Source: Candidatus Omnitrophota bacterium
GTDB lineage: Bacteria > Omnitrophota > Gorgyraeia > Zapsychrales > Zapsychraceae
Length of the DNA stretch: 64,000 nucleotides
NCBI GenBank assembly: GCA_035292445.1
Contig: DATDQB010000020.1
Location: 27,484-91,483, forward strand
Direction of reading: 5' to 3'
Shown: positions 56,553 to 64,000 of the stretch, piece after piece
Numbering within the stretch: the stretch's first letter is position 1
Layout of the letters: every line of letters begins with the position of its first letter
Notes under the pieces: generated by a model
The model's database searches: none
The model's input: only the letters and a program-made list of their open reading frames with translations
What the model was told of the DNA's origin: nothing
Program-made: the position numbers and the translations under genes

Positions 56553-58330
56553 TATTTGGTCAGCAGTTCCAACTCCTGCAGTTTGACCATTGTTTGGAAC
56601 GCCCCCCGCTCAATACGGCTCAATTCCTGGTAATTGCCGGACTCAATAACTTCGCCCCTTTCAAAAACATATATGCAATCTGCTTTCTTAATGGTTGAAA
56701 GGCGGTGCGCTATAACAACAATTGTCGTTTCATGAGAAATATTTTCGATGGCTTTTTGTATATACAATTCCGATTGAGTATCGAGCGCGCTTGTCGCCTC
56801 ATCCAGGATCAACAATGTCGGGTTTCTCAATAATGCCCGAGCCAGGGCCAGTCGCTGTTTCTGGCCTCCGGATAAACGGACGCCACGATCTCCAACGATC
56901 GTGTCATAGCCGTCCTTAAATTGCTTTACAAACTCATCCACATAGGCTTTGCGGCAGGCCTCTTCGATATCCGCCTTAGTTGCCTTATCATTTGCCCACA
57001 GGAGATTATCACGGATGGTCATATTAAAGAGTATGCTCTCTTGAGGAACATAGCCGACCTTCTGGCGATAAGAATTAAGGTTAAACTCCATCAGGGGAAC
57101 ACCGTCAAAGCAAATCGTTCCTTCTTTGGGCTCATAAAGCCCTAATATAAGATCAACCAGCGTTGATTTCCCTGCTCCCGATTTTCCAACAAGAGCGACC
57201 ATATTTCCCTTCGGGATATCCAAATTCACATTTTTAAGGACCGGATGGTCCGGCGTATAAGCAAAAGATACTTGCCTTATGGTGATCTTGTCTTCAAATC
57301 CCTCAAACTTTCTTGTGCCGCCTCTTTCCCGAAGATCAAAAGCCATCTGCCTGAAGCGCTTGAGCTGTTCATAGCTTGGAGCAAAACCTTTCAATGTTAA
57401 CCGGTCCGAGATCAAGTTCCCGACGTTCATCGCACCCTTTAACAACGCCAACATTAAGACCGTAAGCGCCGATAAAGGCACGTCAAAATACTTGGACAGG
57501 ACCAGGGCCGTCACGATGATGGCTATGACCAAAGGTCGATACATTAAAGGGACGAATATCCCAAGGATCTGCGATTTGATGGTCACCGCCGTATGGGCAT
57601 CATAGGCCTTTTCCAGTTCTTTAATTCCCTTCTCTTGATTCCCGAATCCCAGGACAATTTTGGCCAAAGTTAAGTTCTCCTGAATGACAACATAGATTTC
57701 ATTGGCCGTTGATGTATTAAGCACCCCTAATCGGTAGCTTAATTTGCCGAACAACAAAAATGGCAATGCGATCAAGATAGTGGCCGCTCCGGTGATCATC
57801 GTCAACTGCCAAGAAATATAGAAAGGCACTATCAGATACGCGGCTGTTTGCACCAGCCGGGAGAAAAAATACGCCAAATTGGTGAACGTATCGACCACGA
57901 CCGACATCTCCCGACTAAAAGTATTGATCAATTCCCCTTGCCGCACTTTACTAAAAAACTCCCATCTGGCCTGAAAAAAATCTCGATAAGTCCCCATCAT
58001 CATTTCACGCAAAAATATGTACTTCGCCCGTAAAATGGAGCGTTTTGCCAGAATTTCAAAAACGCTCGTCAAAATAATAAAGACCAAGAATACCAGCGTC
58101 CAACTTATAAGACTTACGGGTAAATGAAGCCATTGGAGCATTTCAATGGCCTTTTGTGTCATCGGGCTCACATTCTCAAGTTCCGGATTCGTGACAAATT
58201 CAACTAACGGCCCAATGGTAAAGATCGTGGAAACATTGACAATGCTTAAAGCGATGGTCAACAATATCGTCCTAATCAATTGCGGCGAAAACTTCCCAAA
58301 TAATTCTTTTATAAAATCATTTAATTTCAT
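56552..58330 (-). CDS. ABC transporter, fused permease and ATPase (MsbA/PglK-like)
   Basis: N-terminal TM domain, GKSGAGKST, LSGGQKQR, LILDEATSALD and IAHRLST. Confidence 0.92.
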   Translation of the reverse strand: MKLNDFIKELFGKFSPQLIRTILLTIALSIVNVSTIFTIGPLVEFVTNPELENVSPMTQKAIEMLQWLHLPVSLISWTLVFLVFIILTSVFEILAKRSILRAKYIFLREMMMGTYRDFFQARWEFFSKVRQGELINTFSREMSVVVDTFTNLAYFFSRLVQTAAYLIVPFYISWQLTMITGAATILIALPFLLFGKLSYRLGVLNTSTANEIYVVIQENLTLAKIVLGFGNQEKGIKELEKAYDAHTAVTIKSQILGIFVPLMYRPLVIAIIVTALVLSKYFDVPLSALTVLMLALLKGAMNVGNLISDRLTLKGFAPSYEQLKRFRQMAFDLRERGGTRKFEGFEDKITIRQVSFAYTPDHPVLKNVNLDIPKGNMVALVGKSGAGKSTLVDLILGLYEPKEGTICFDGVPLMEFNLNSYRQKVGYVPQESILFNMTIRDNLLWANDKATKADIEEACRKAYVDEFVKQFKDGYDTIVGDRGVRLSGGQKQRLALARALLRNPTLLILDEATSALDTQSELYIQKAIENISHETTIVVIAHRLSTIKKADCIYVFERGEVIESGNYQELSRIERGAFQTMVKLQELELLTK

Positions 58331-59552
58331 GATTTACTAAAACCTCCGCGGGATTTTCCTCCAAAAGATACCGATTATTTCTTAGAAAATTTGTGCCAAT
58401 TCTTGATAGATGTCCATAAGCATAATGATCAGGTGGATAAAGACTTCTGTATTTCTTCTGAAGTATGTCTTCATCATCCTTCTTTACCCATATCCCCTCA
58501 AGACGCTCATGCATCTCTTTGACTAGATCCAAGATCTCATCAGGAGTGTTTTCGACCACCTCTAAATCGGCATTTCTATAAAGCTTAGTATCCCACCATT
58601 TATCAGCACCATAAGCAAGAATCTCCCGGTAGCTTAAATACCGTTGCCTTTTGATATCCCAAAGCTTTTTGCTTATATAAACATCCCCTTTCCGCCAAGC
58701 AACGGAATAGAGTATATAAGGGGTATTGGTGTAGGCGACAGGTACATTAAAAAGCCATGGTACCGTAATTAATCCGCCATCTGTGCCGATAAAGAATTTA
58801 CATTTAGCGCTTAAATAAATATCCCCAAAATCTGAATGATATTGACGGGCATAATCAATCACCTTAGGGTGATGGACTGGGATTTCGTCTTTAACAACTT
58901 TGCCCATGCGTAACACATAAAATCCCTTCGAAATAAGATAATTAATGACCAAAGCGTAATTTTTGATATGGCAATCGCGAAAATCATGGGCGGAGGAATC
59001 TTTACCCGGCAGATGCTGTTCTAGATACGCCGAATCCCTGACATGCAAACAAACAAAAGGTTCCCCCTGCTTTATTCCCATTTTCGACAATAACGCTTGG
59101 CCCTGCTTTTCCTCTTCATCGGTAAAACTTAATTGCGGTGGCGTATAAGTAAAATCTTCGAAAGGATCCTTCCATTCCTGTAAAGTAAACCATAAAGGAG
59201 ATTTGCTTGTTAACTGCCGGACCTTCCAATACATATGCAACAAAATCTTGTTTTCAATAATGCACATGACCCTTTTTTGCATTTTTAATAACTGCTCATT
59301 GGCCGGCCTCCCACTGAAGAATATATGCCATTCTTTCTTTGCCGATGGTTGGGTTTTTCGCCTGCGCAAATAAAGCTCTGTATTGGTGGCCAATTCGCCT
59401 AAGCGCGAATAAATAAGGTGCCCGAACCGCCAATTAAAAACAGGTTGTAATAATCTCAATACGGCAAAAACAGGCAAGCCGACAAAGAGCAAAAGCAACC
59501 TTATGGGCGGTTTAATGATTTTCTGGTTAATTAATGCAAGATTAATTGTCAT
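58317..59552 (-). CDS. Putative glycosyltransferase, TIGR04372-like
   Basis: SRLG, VCLHVRD..Y, RDCHI, VLRMG, IDYA, CKFFIG and ENTPDEI fit that family as I recall it. Start adjusted to MTINL. Confidence 0.7.
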   Translation of the reverse strand: MTINLALINQKIIKPPIRLLLLFVGLPVFAVLRLLQPVFNWRFGHLIYSRLGELATNTELYLRRRKTQPSAKKEWHIFFSGRPANEQLLKMQKRVMCIIENKILLHMYWKVRQLTSKSPLWFTLQEWKDPFEDFTYTPPQLSFTDEEEKQGQALLSKMGIKQGEPFVCLHVRDSAYLEQHLPGKDSSAHDFRDCHIKNYALVINYLISKGFYVLRMGKVVKDEIPVHHPKVIDYARQYHSDFGDIYLSAKCKFFIGTDGGLITVPWLFNVPVAYTNTPYILYSVAWRKGDVYISKKLWDIKRQRYLSYREILAYGADKWWDTKLYRNADLEVVENTPDEILDLVKEMHERLEGIWVKKDDEDILQKKYRSLYPPDHYAYGHLSRIGTNFLRNNRYLLEENPAEVLVNHEIK

Positions 59553-60657
59553 TATTCGACATTTCCTTGGCTTGAATCGTTGCTCCGCCCTGCCGATCAT
59601 GCAAATTTTTATTCCAGTTTTCCATTTTATCGAGCACATTATAAAACGTTGTATAAGGCGACGGATTGCGGATGAGAAATCCGTCCCTAACCTCTTCTTT
59701 CATTTCAAATGTTTCAACCCAATAATCACATGGTTTACAAAAAGACAATTCATCCCATCGTCCGCTATTGTGTAACTCCCTTAATTCATTCATTCGCTTA
59801 TTATTCCATACGGCCCGTACGCCACCCTCCTTAAAAACATTCCCTACGACAATATCGGGTTGTTCGGCCGTAATGACACAAGGAGACACGTCCCCATTGG
59901 CCCGAATAACGATGTCCCGAAATAATTGTTTACAGGGGACGCGAGGAGGAAGATCGGCGCGCGTAAAGCCGGGTATTTCGGAAATATCCGGCGTCAGGTC
60001 TTTGATATAACCGGTAATGCGAATAACATCTATTTTTTTCTTCCAAAAATCAAGAAAGCTGGGAATCTCATGATAATTGTAGTCCGTTTCGACAAACGTA
60101 ACGCCGATGCGGGGAAGTTTTTTATCCCCTCTGATCCTGATCAATAATTCAACGTTTTCAATCAACTTATCGAGACGGGTAATACCTCGCGCCTTTTTTA
60201 AGGTCTCCGGCGTCATGGCATCGATGCTTACGTTAATGGAGTCATACTGGACATCAACAAGAAGTTGACAAAGCTCCTCATTAAGCGTGAGACCGTTCGT
60301 ATTAAATGTTCCCACTAAACCGCATTCTTTAACTTTCCGAACGGCAAAGGGAAATGTTTTGGCAATCAAAGGCTCGTTGGCCACATTTAACGTAACCGAG
60401 GGCTTATAGGGGGCGACTTCTTCAAAAATGGAGGTGATTTGGATAGCCGACATATGAATGGGCGTCTTATAATAAGGAGAATAGTTTTCCGGTTTCCTTT
60501 TTTCAACACTGTGGTGACGGCAATGGGGACAAGCCAAATTACACGTATTGGTCAACTCCAACCGCACAATATCCGGCATGAGATTATGACTCAATACAAC
60601 TTCTTTCCTTTCACTCTGATTGATAACCATTTGCTTCGACTTGGCATGTACTGTCAT
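59542..60657 (-). CDS. Radical SAM protein with SPASM/twitch domain
   Basis: ELTNTCNLACPHC, NEPL, TNG and VSID; C-terminal PCKQL...NGDVSPC...GN...CKPC. Confidence 0.88.
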   Translation of the reverse strand: MTVHAKSKQMVINQSERKEVVLSHNLMPDIVRLELTNTCNLACPHCRHHSVEKRKPENYSPYYKTPIHMSAIQITSIFEEVAPYKPSVTLNVANEPLIAKTFPFAVRKVKECGLVGTFNTNGLTLNEELCQLLVDVQYDSINVSIDAMTPETLKKARGITRLDKLIENVELLIRIRGDKKLPRIGVTFVETDYNYHEIPSFLDFWKKKIDVIRITGYIKDLTPDISEIPGFTRADLPPRVPCKQLFRDIVIRANGDVSPCVITAEQPDIVVGNVFKEGGVRAVWNNKRMNELRELHNSGRWDELSFCKPCDYWVETFEMKEEVRDGFLIRNPSPYTTFYNVLDKMENWNKNLHDRQGGATIQAKEMSNNDN

Positions 60658-60667
60658 AAAATCCTCC

Positions 60668-61780
60668 TTAACAACGTGATATTGATGCGGTTGTTGGGTT
60701 TAAACTTGCCGGATTGTCACCATCCACATCCGATTTAGAAATATATAAATTTTCCAGAATAGGGGCACAATGCTCCCCCACTAAGAAAGAAAAACTTTGC
60801 TCTTTCTTTATCTGTTGAATAGGCGATAATCGCATCGGAAGGATCAAGCGGTCAAAGGGTTCTTCCTCTGCCCCCAACTCCCTCCATGTCTGTCCGAAAG
60901 TTTTATTCGAACAAATAAAATCAGCATAAGCGCAGCCGGTATTTTTTAATTGGAATAAAACTTGTTGCAGCAAAGAAATTCCGTCCCTATGCCCCTCTTC
61001 ATCAGCGGGATAGAAGAAATCCACGATTCGCCCAACCAATGCCTCAAAACTACCGAATGCTTGCTCTATTCGGTAAACGCATACGGCCGGGCGGTGCTGT
61101 TTTCCCGCTAAGATAATACGGTACTTAAAGAACGGATGCTCCGTGTATCTGTGGGTCAAATAGTCTAACGATCGAATGACAGAAAAATTCAACTGAGGAT
61201 ATAATTCCCAACGGGGATTATAATTTTCTTGCTTCGAAATTAAATCTCTCGTCACGGCTGAAGGAAAATCTTTGGGTTTAAAAATAAACTTTTCTAACTC
61301 CCCCTCCAAAGCCTTTGGAGGTAACATCGGGATGCTTTGATCCTTATCCAACACGCAAAGATATCGCGGGATGTGGTGCACGCATGACCAACCCAAACTC
61401 ATCAAAAGAGGCAGGCCCTGCTCACTCGCGTTGAGCGTAAGCACCAAAGGAAACATCTCCTGTGCTTTCTTTATTAATAATACCCCCACTCCTCGAGGAG
61501 CATCCTTTCTGACCATCCAATGAGTAAACCATGCCGACTGGACCTCTTGACCGGGTGTTCCCCAGTGGGCAGCCAATGGAACGTACCCCATAATGCCAAC
61601 CAAGCGGTCATTGTCCCAAGCGCAAATAACTGTCGCCTTAGCGTCATTTTCCTTGAGTTTAACCTGCCACTCAAAAAACTCCCTGGAGCAAAGGGGATGA
61701 TCCGGCCTATACGTCTCACGCACAAATTCAAGAAAATCTTCCCAGTCTGACATTTGCAAGAACTCTTCAACCCTGATCAT
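60668..61780 (-). CDS. GNAT-like acyltransferase (tandem GNAT fold)
   Basis: FFEWQ, LVG..GY, W.V...RGVG..L, RSLDYLTHRY..HPFFKY and terminal SDVDGD; follows the ACP. Confidence 0.6.
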   Translation of the reverse strand: MIRVEEFLQMSDWEDFLEFVRETYRPDHPLCSREFFEWQVKLKENDAKATVICAWDNDRLVGIMGYVPLAAHWGTPGQEVQSAWFTHWMVRKDAPRGVGVLLIKKAQEMFPLVLTLNASEQGLPLLMSLGWSCVHHIPRYLCVLDKDQSIPMLPPKALEGELEKFIFKPKDFPSAVTRDLISKQENYNPRWELYPQLNFSVIRSLDYLTHRYTEHPFFKYRIILAGKQHRPAVCVYRIEQAFGSFEALVGRIVDFFYPADEEGHRDGISLLQQVLFQLKNTGCAYADFICSNKTFGQTWRELGAEEEPFDRLILPMRLSPIQQIKKEQSFSFLVGEHCAPILENLYISKSDVDGDNPASLNPTTASISRC

Positions 61781-62007
61781 CTAACATCCTTGTTTGACAA
61801 AATCGATTTAATTAACTTAAAGCTCTGCATTTCTAATACATCCTGGTCGGTCAACTTGACCCCGAATTCTTCCTCAATGGCCGTAATAAGCTTCAAATGG
61901 TTCAATGAATCCCAATTCTCGACCGTATAGGGAGTCGCGCCCTCATTAATCTCATCTTCCGGGACCTCAAGCACTATAGATAAAATTTTCCTGATCTTTT
62001 CTTCCAT
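61777..62007 (-). CDS. Acyl carrier protein
   Basis: 76 aa, acidic; WDSLNHL phosphopantetheine site and IEEEFGV. Confidence 0.92.
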   Translation of the reverse strand: MEEKIRKILSIVLEVPEDEINEGATPYTVENWDSLNHLKLITAIEEEFGVKLTDQDVLEMQSFKLIKSILSNKDVR

Positions 62008-63736
62008 TTCTTACCTCAATATAATTAATGTTCTTGGAACGGTATCGGCTGATATCCAAAACATACTTGCTGGAATTTTTGTCTGCGACATCTAATATGA
62101 AGGAACATTCATCATAGAAATTCTTGGCCACACCATTTTTCGCCGTTTGAATATAGTTTGCTTTAACTGTTTTTATACGGCTCTGTTTTAAGGCTTCGAC
62201 CAGCTGATCCATAAAGGCGTATTCCAGATTTCTTCCGATAACCCGACAACTCATCAGGAACGTGTCTATTTCTGCCACAGAAGATTTTGCATCAAGCATC
62301 GCAATGGAAACGCCTGTCACGCCGCTATCACCAAACTTATCCGATACGGAAAACGCATAAACTCTTGCCCCCTCATGGCAAATAAAATTCTTAATCTCAT
62401 TTTCCGTGTAACGCTTAGTCGTCAAATTAAATTGATTTGTCTTTTGGCACATTTGTGAAATGCGCGGGATAAGGCTTTCGTCATTTTCAAAAATGGTCAT
62501 TTTAAGCTTGAGAGAAGCAAAATATTCTTCCATATTAACGAATTCCTTTTTTGCTTCCTCTCTTTCTAACTGTCTTTTATACATCTTTATTTTGCTGATA
62601 TCTTCTTCAGTCGATGATCCCTTATAAAACAAATTCATATGTTCCCTCATGAGCCTTGGATAATCATATAATTTATCAGGCACCTGGAATGTCTTGACTT
62701 CGGGAATCTCTCTTCTGATGAAATCGATTTCAAAAGGGGAATCGTCCACATAAACAATACTGTCCAAGCCGATGTTCAACTCTTGGACTATCGCTCTGAG
62801 ATTAACGGCCTTATCGGACCAATTGATCTTCTTAATAGCAATATGCTCATCCCTTAACTGCATATCAGGATGCCTCGCGATCAGCTCTTCCACTTCTTGA
62901 TAATTATTCTTGGAACATAATCCGATAATGACGCCCTGCTTGGCCAGAGCAAGCGCCAAGGCTTGAATTTCAGCGAAAATCGCGCCATCTTTTGTAGTGG
63001 GGGACATCTCGATCCTTTCCATACCATCTTCTCCTAAAATCCCCTTCCATAACGTGTTATCGCAATCAAAAATGATAGCCTTTTTTGATTTCCCATTGAC
63101 TGAACAAAAAAACGGCATAATATGCTGCGCATAGGCTCGATAAAAATTGACCGTATACAATGCTTTCGAAGAATAATAATGTCTTAAATCAACGCTTTCC
63201 CTAAGCCCGAGGCCCGCTATGACCTTATCAAGATCGATTAAATGAACATTGCGACCAACATGATCTTCCAAATACCGGTTCAATTGCCGGGCGAGTTGCT
63301 CGAAGCGGTTTGTTTCAAGGCTCACCGCATTAAAAGGAAGTGCAGAGAATTTGTTCAGGATGACAAAAGGGGTTTTTTGCAAATTCTTTAATGTAAAATC
63401 GATCTCTCCTTTTACCTTTTCCAATAGCTCATTTAACTGCTTTTCATCCCATGTTTCGGCCTTATATGGTAATCCTTCAAGCACGTTCCAAAGTTCCCAA
63501 AAAATAATAACCCCGTTTGATTCGCAATATTTCCGTGCATCCTGAACAATATTATCGTAATCACCGATGTGGACCTTGGCAGGAATTCCTTCCGCTCGTA
63601 ATGAATATTCCAGAATCTCTTTCAAAAGATTGATGGTAGAATTGGAAAATGCCGCGATATTATAAGTTTCAGCAGTAAGGCTGCGGCCCAATTCTTGATT
63701 CGCTTTTAAAATCTCTGTGTAAGATAGATCTTTCAT
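61967..63736 (-). CDS. FkbH-like HAD-IIIC glyceryl transferase/phosphatase
   Basis: FDCDNTLWKGILGEDG (DxDxT), CSKN, INW..K, VDDSPFE, KTNQFNLT, DKFGDSG and MSCRVIGR. Confidence 0.9.
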   Translation of the reverse strand: MKDLSYTEILKANQELGRSLTAETYNIAAFSNSTINLLKEILEYSLRAEGIPAKVHIGDYDNIVQDARKYCESNGVIIFWELWNVLEGLPYKAETWDEKQLNELLEKVKGEIDFTLKNLQKTPFVILNKFSALPFNAVSLETNRFEQLARQLNRYLEDHVGRNVHLIDLDKVIAGLGLRESVDLRHYYSSKALYTVNFYRAYAQHIMPFFCSVNGKSKKAIIFDCDNTLWKGILGEDGMERIEMSPTTKDGAIFAEIQALALALAKQGVIIGLCSKNNYQEVEELIARHPDMQLRDEHIAIKKINWSDKAVNLRAIVQELNIGLDSIVYVDDSPFEIDFIRREIPEVKTFQVPDKLYDYPRLMREHMNLFYKGSSTEEDISKIKMYKRQLEREEAKKEFVNMEEYFASLKLKMTIFENDESLIPRISQMCQKTNQFNLTTKRYTENEIKNFICHEGARVYAFSVSDKFGDSGVTGVSIAMLDAKSSVAEIDTFLMSCRVIGRNLEYAFMDQLVEALKQSRIKTVKANYIQTAKNGVAKNFYDECSFILDVADKNSSKYVLDISRYRSKNINYIEVRNGRKDQENFIYSA

Positions 63737-64000
63737 AACATAACTTGTCCACCATTGACTCTGATGGTCTCTCCTGTTAAAAAATCCGATTTCTCTGAGG
63801 CCAGAAAACTGATAGTCCCGGCAATGTCCTGCGCCGTTGCGATCCTCCCCAGGGGAGTTTGCGCCTCGGTCAACAATCGAACCCTCTCGGGTATATTGGC
63901 AATCAACTCCGTATCTGTCATTCCGGGGGACACCAAGTTTACCCGGATCCCCTTTGGCGCCAATTCAAGAGCCAAAGCCTTGGTGAATCCGTGCAAGCCT
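63733..64000 (-). CDS. SDR family oxidoreductase (FabG-like), C-terminal part
   Basis: FTKALALELAPKGIRVNLVSPGMTDT, TPLGR and TGETIRVNGG; 5' end lies beyond the window. Confidence 0.88.
   Translation of the reverse strand, partial: GLHGFTKALALELAPKGIRVNLVSPGMTDTELIANIPERVRLLTEAQTPLGRIATAQDIAGTISFLASEKSDFLTGETIRVNGGQVML

Noticed and set aside
7990-59639. Long N-terminal extensions in the ORF track (e.g. starts at 9632, 16011, 17982, 26588, 35393, 48136, 59639)
   Set aside because: They overlap upstream genes or small ORFs, and downstream starts with SD sequences or stop/start coupling fit better.
490-63545. Numerous short plus-strand and off-frame ORFs in the track, e.g. 51945-52646 and 23812-24354
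   Set aside because: They lie antisense to or inside well-supported minus-strand genes and show no recognisable motifs, so they are treated as shadow ORFs.

Overview
The whole 64 kb is one arm of a very large bacterial surface-glycan biosynthesis locus. It holds about 60 tightly packed genes, all on the minus strand, and runs off both window edges (an SDR fragment at the right end, the start of gmd at the left). In transcription order the modules are: (1) SDR, FkbH, ACP and GNAT acyl-transfer module, a radical SAM/SPASM enzyme, a putative glycosyltransferase and an ABC flippase-like exporter; (2) a small peptide, a DUF115/Maf-like protein and a B12-radical SAM enzyme; (3) a legionaminic-acid-type module; (4) a pseudaminic-acid-type module with amidotransferase, HisF and HisH genes; (5) a complete Campylobacter-like phosphoramidate pathway (Cj1415-Cj1418 type) that encloses two sulfotransferase-fold genes; (6) dTDP- and CDP-deoxysugar genes, glycosyltransferases, a priming transferase and two O-antigen ligase/polymerase-family proteins. 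Non-coding structure includes two ~140-bp palindromes built from NNNNCAA heptamers that bracket the legionaminic module, and two related bulged REP-like hairpins. I found no rRNA, tRNA, CRISPR array or transposase. The best candidate for a new system is sulfotransferase-fold enzymes acting as phosphoramidate transferases. The next best is cobalamin-dependent radical SAM enzymes paired twice with CMP-nonulosonate synthetases. All family calls come from motif recognition by eye, not from database searches.
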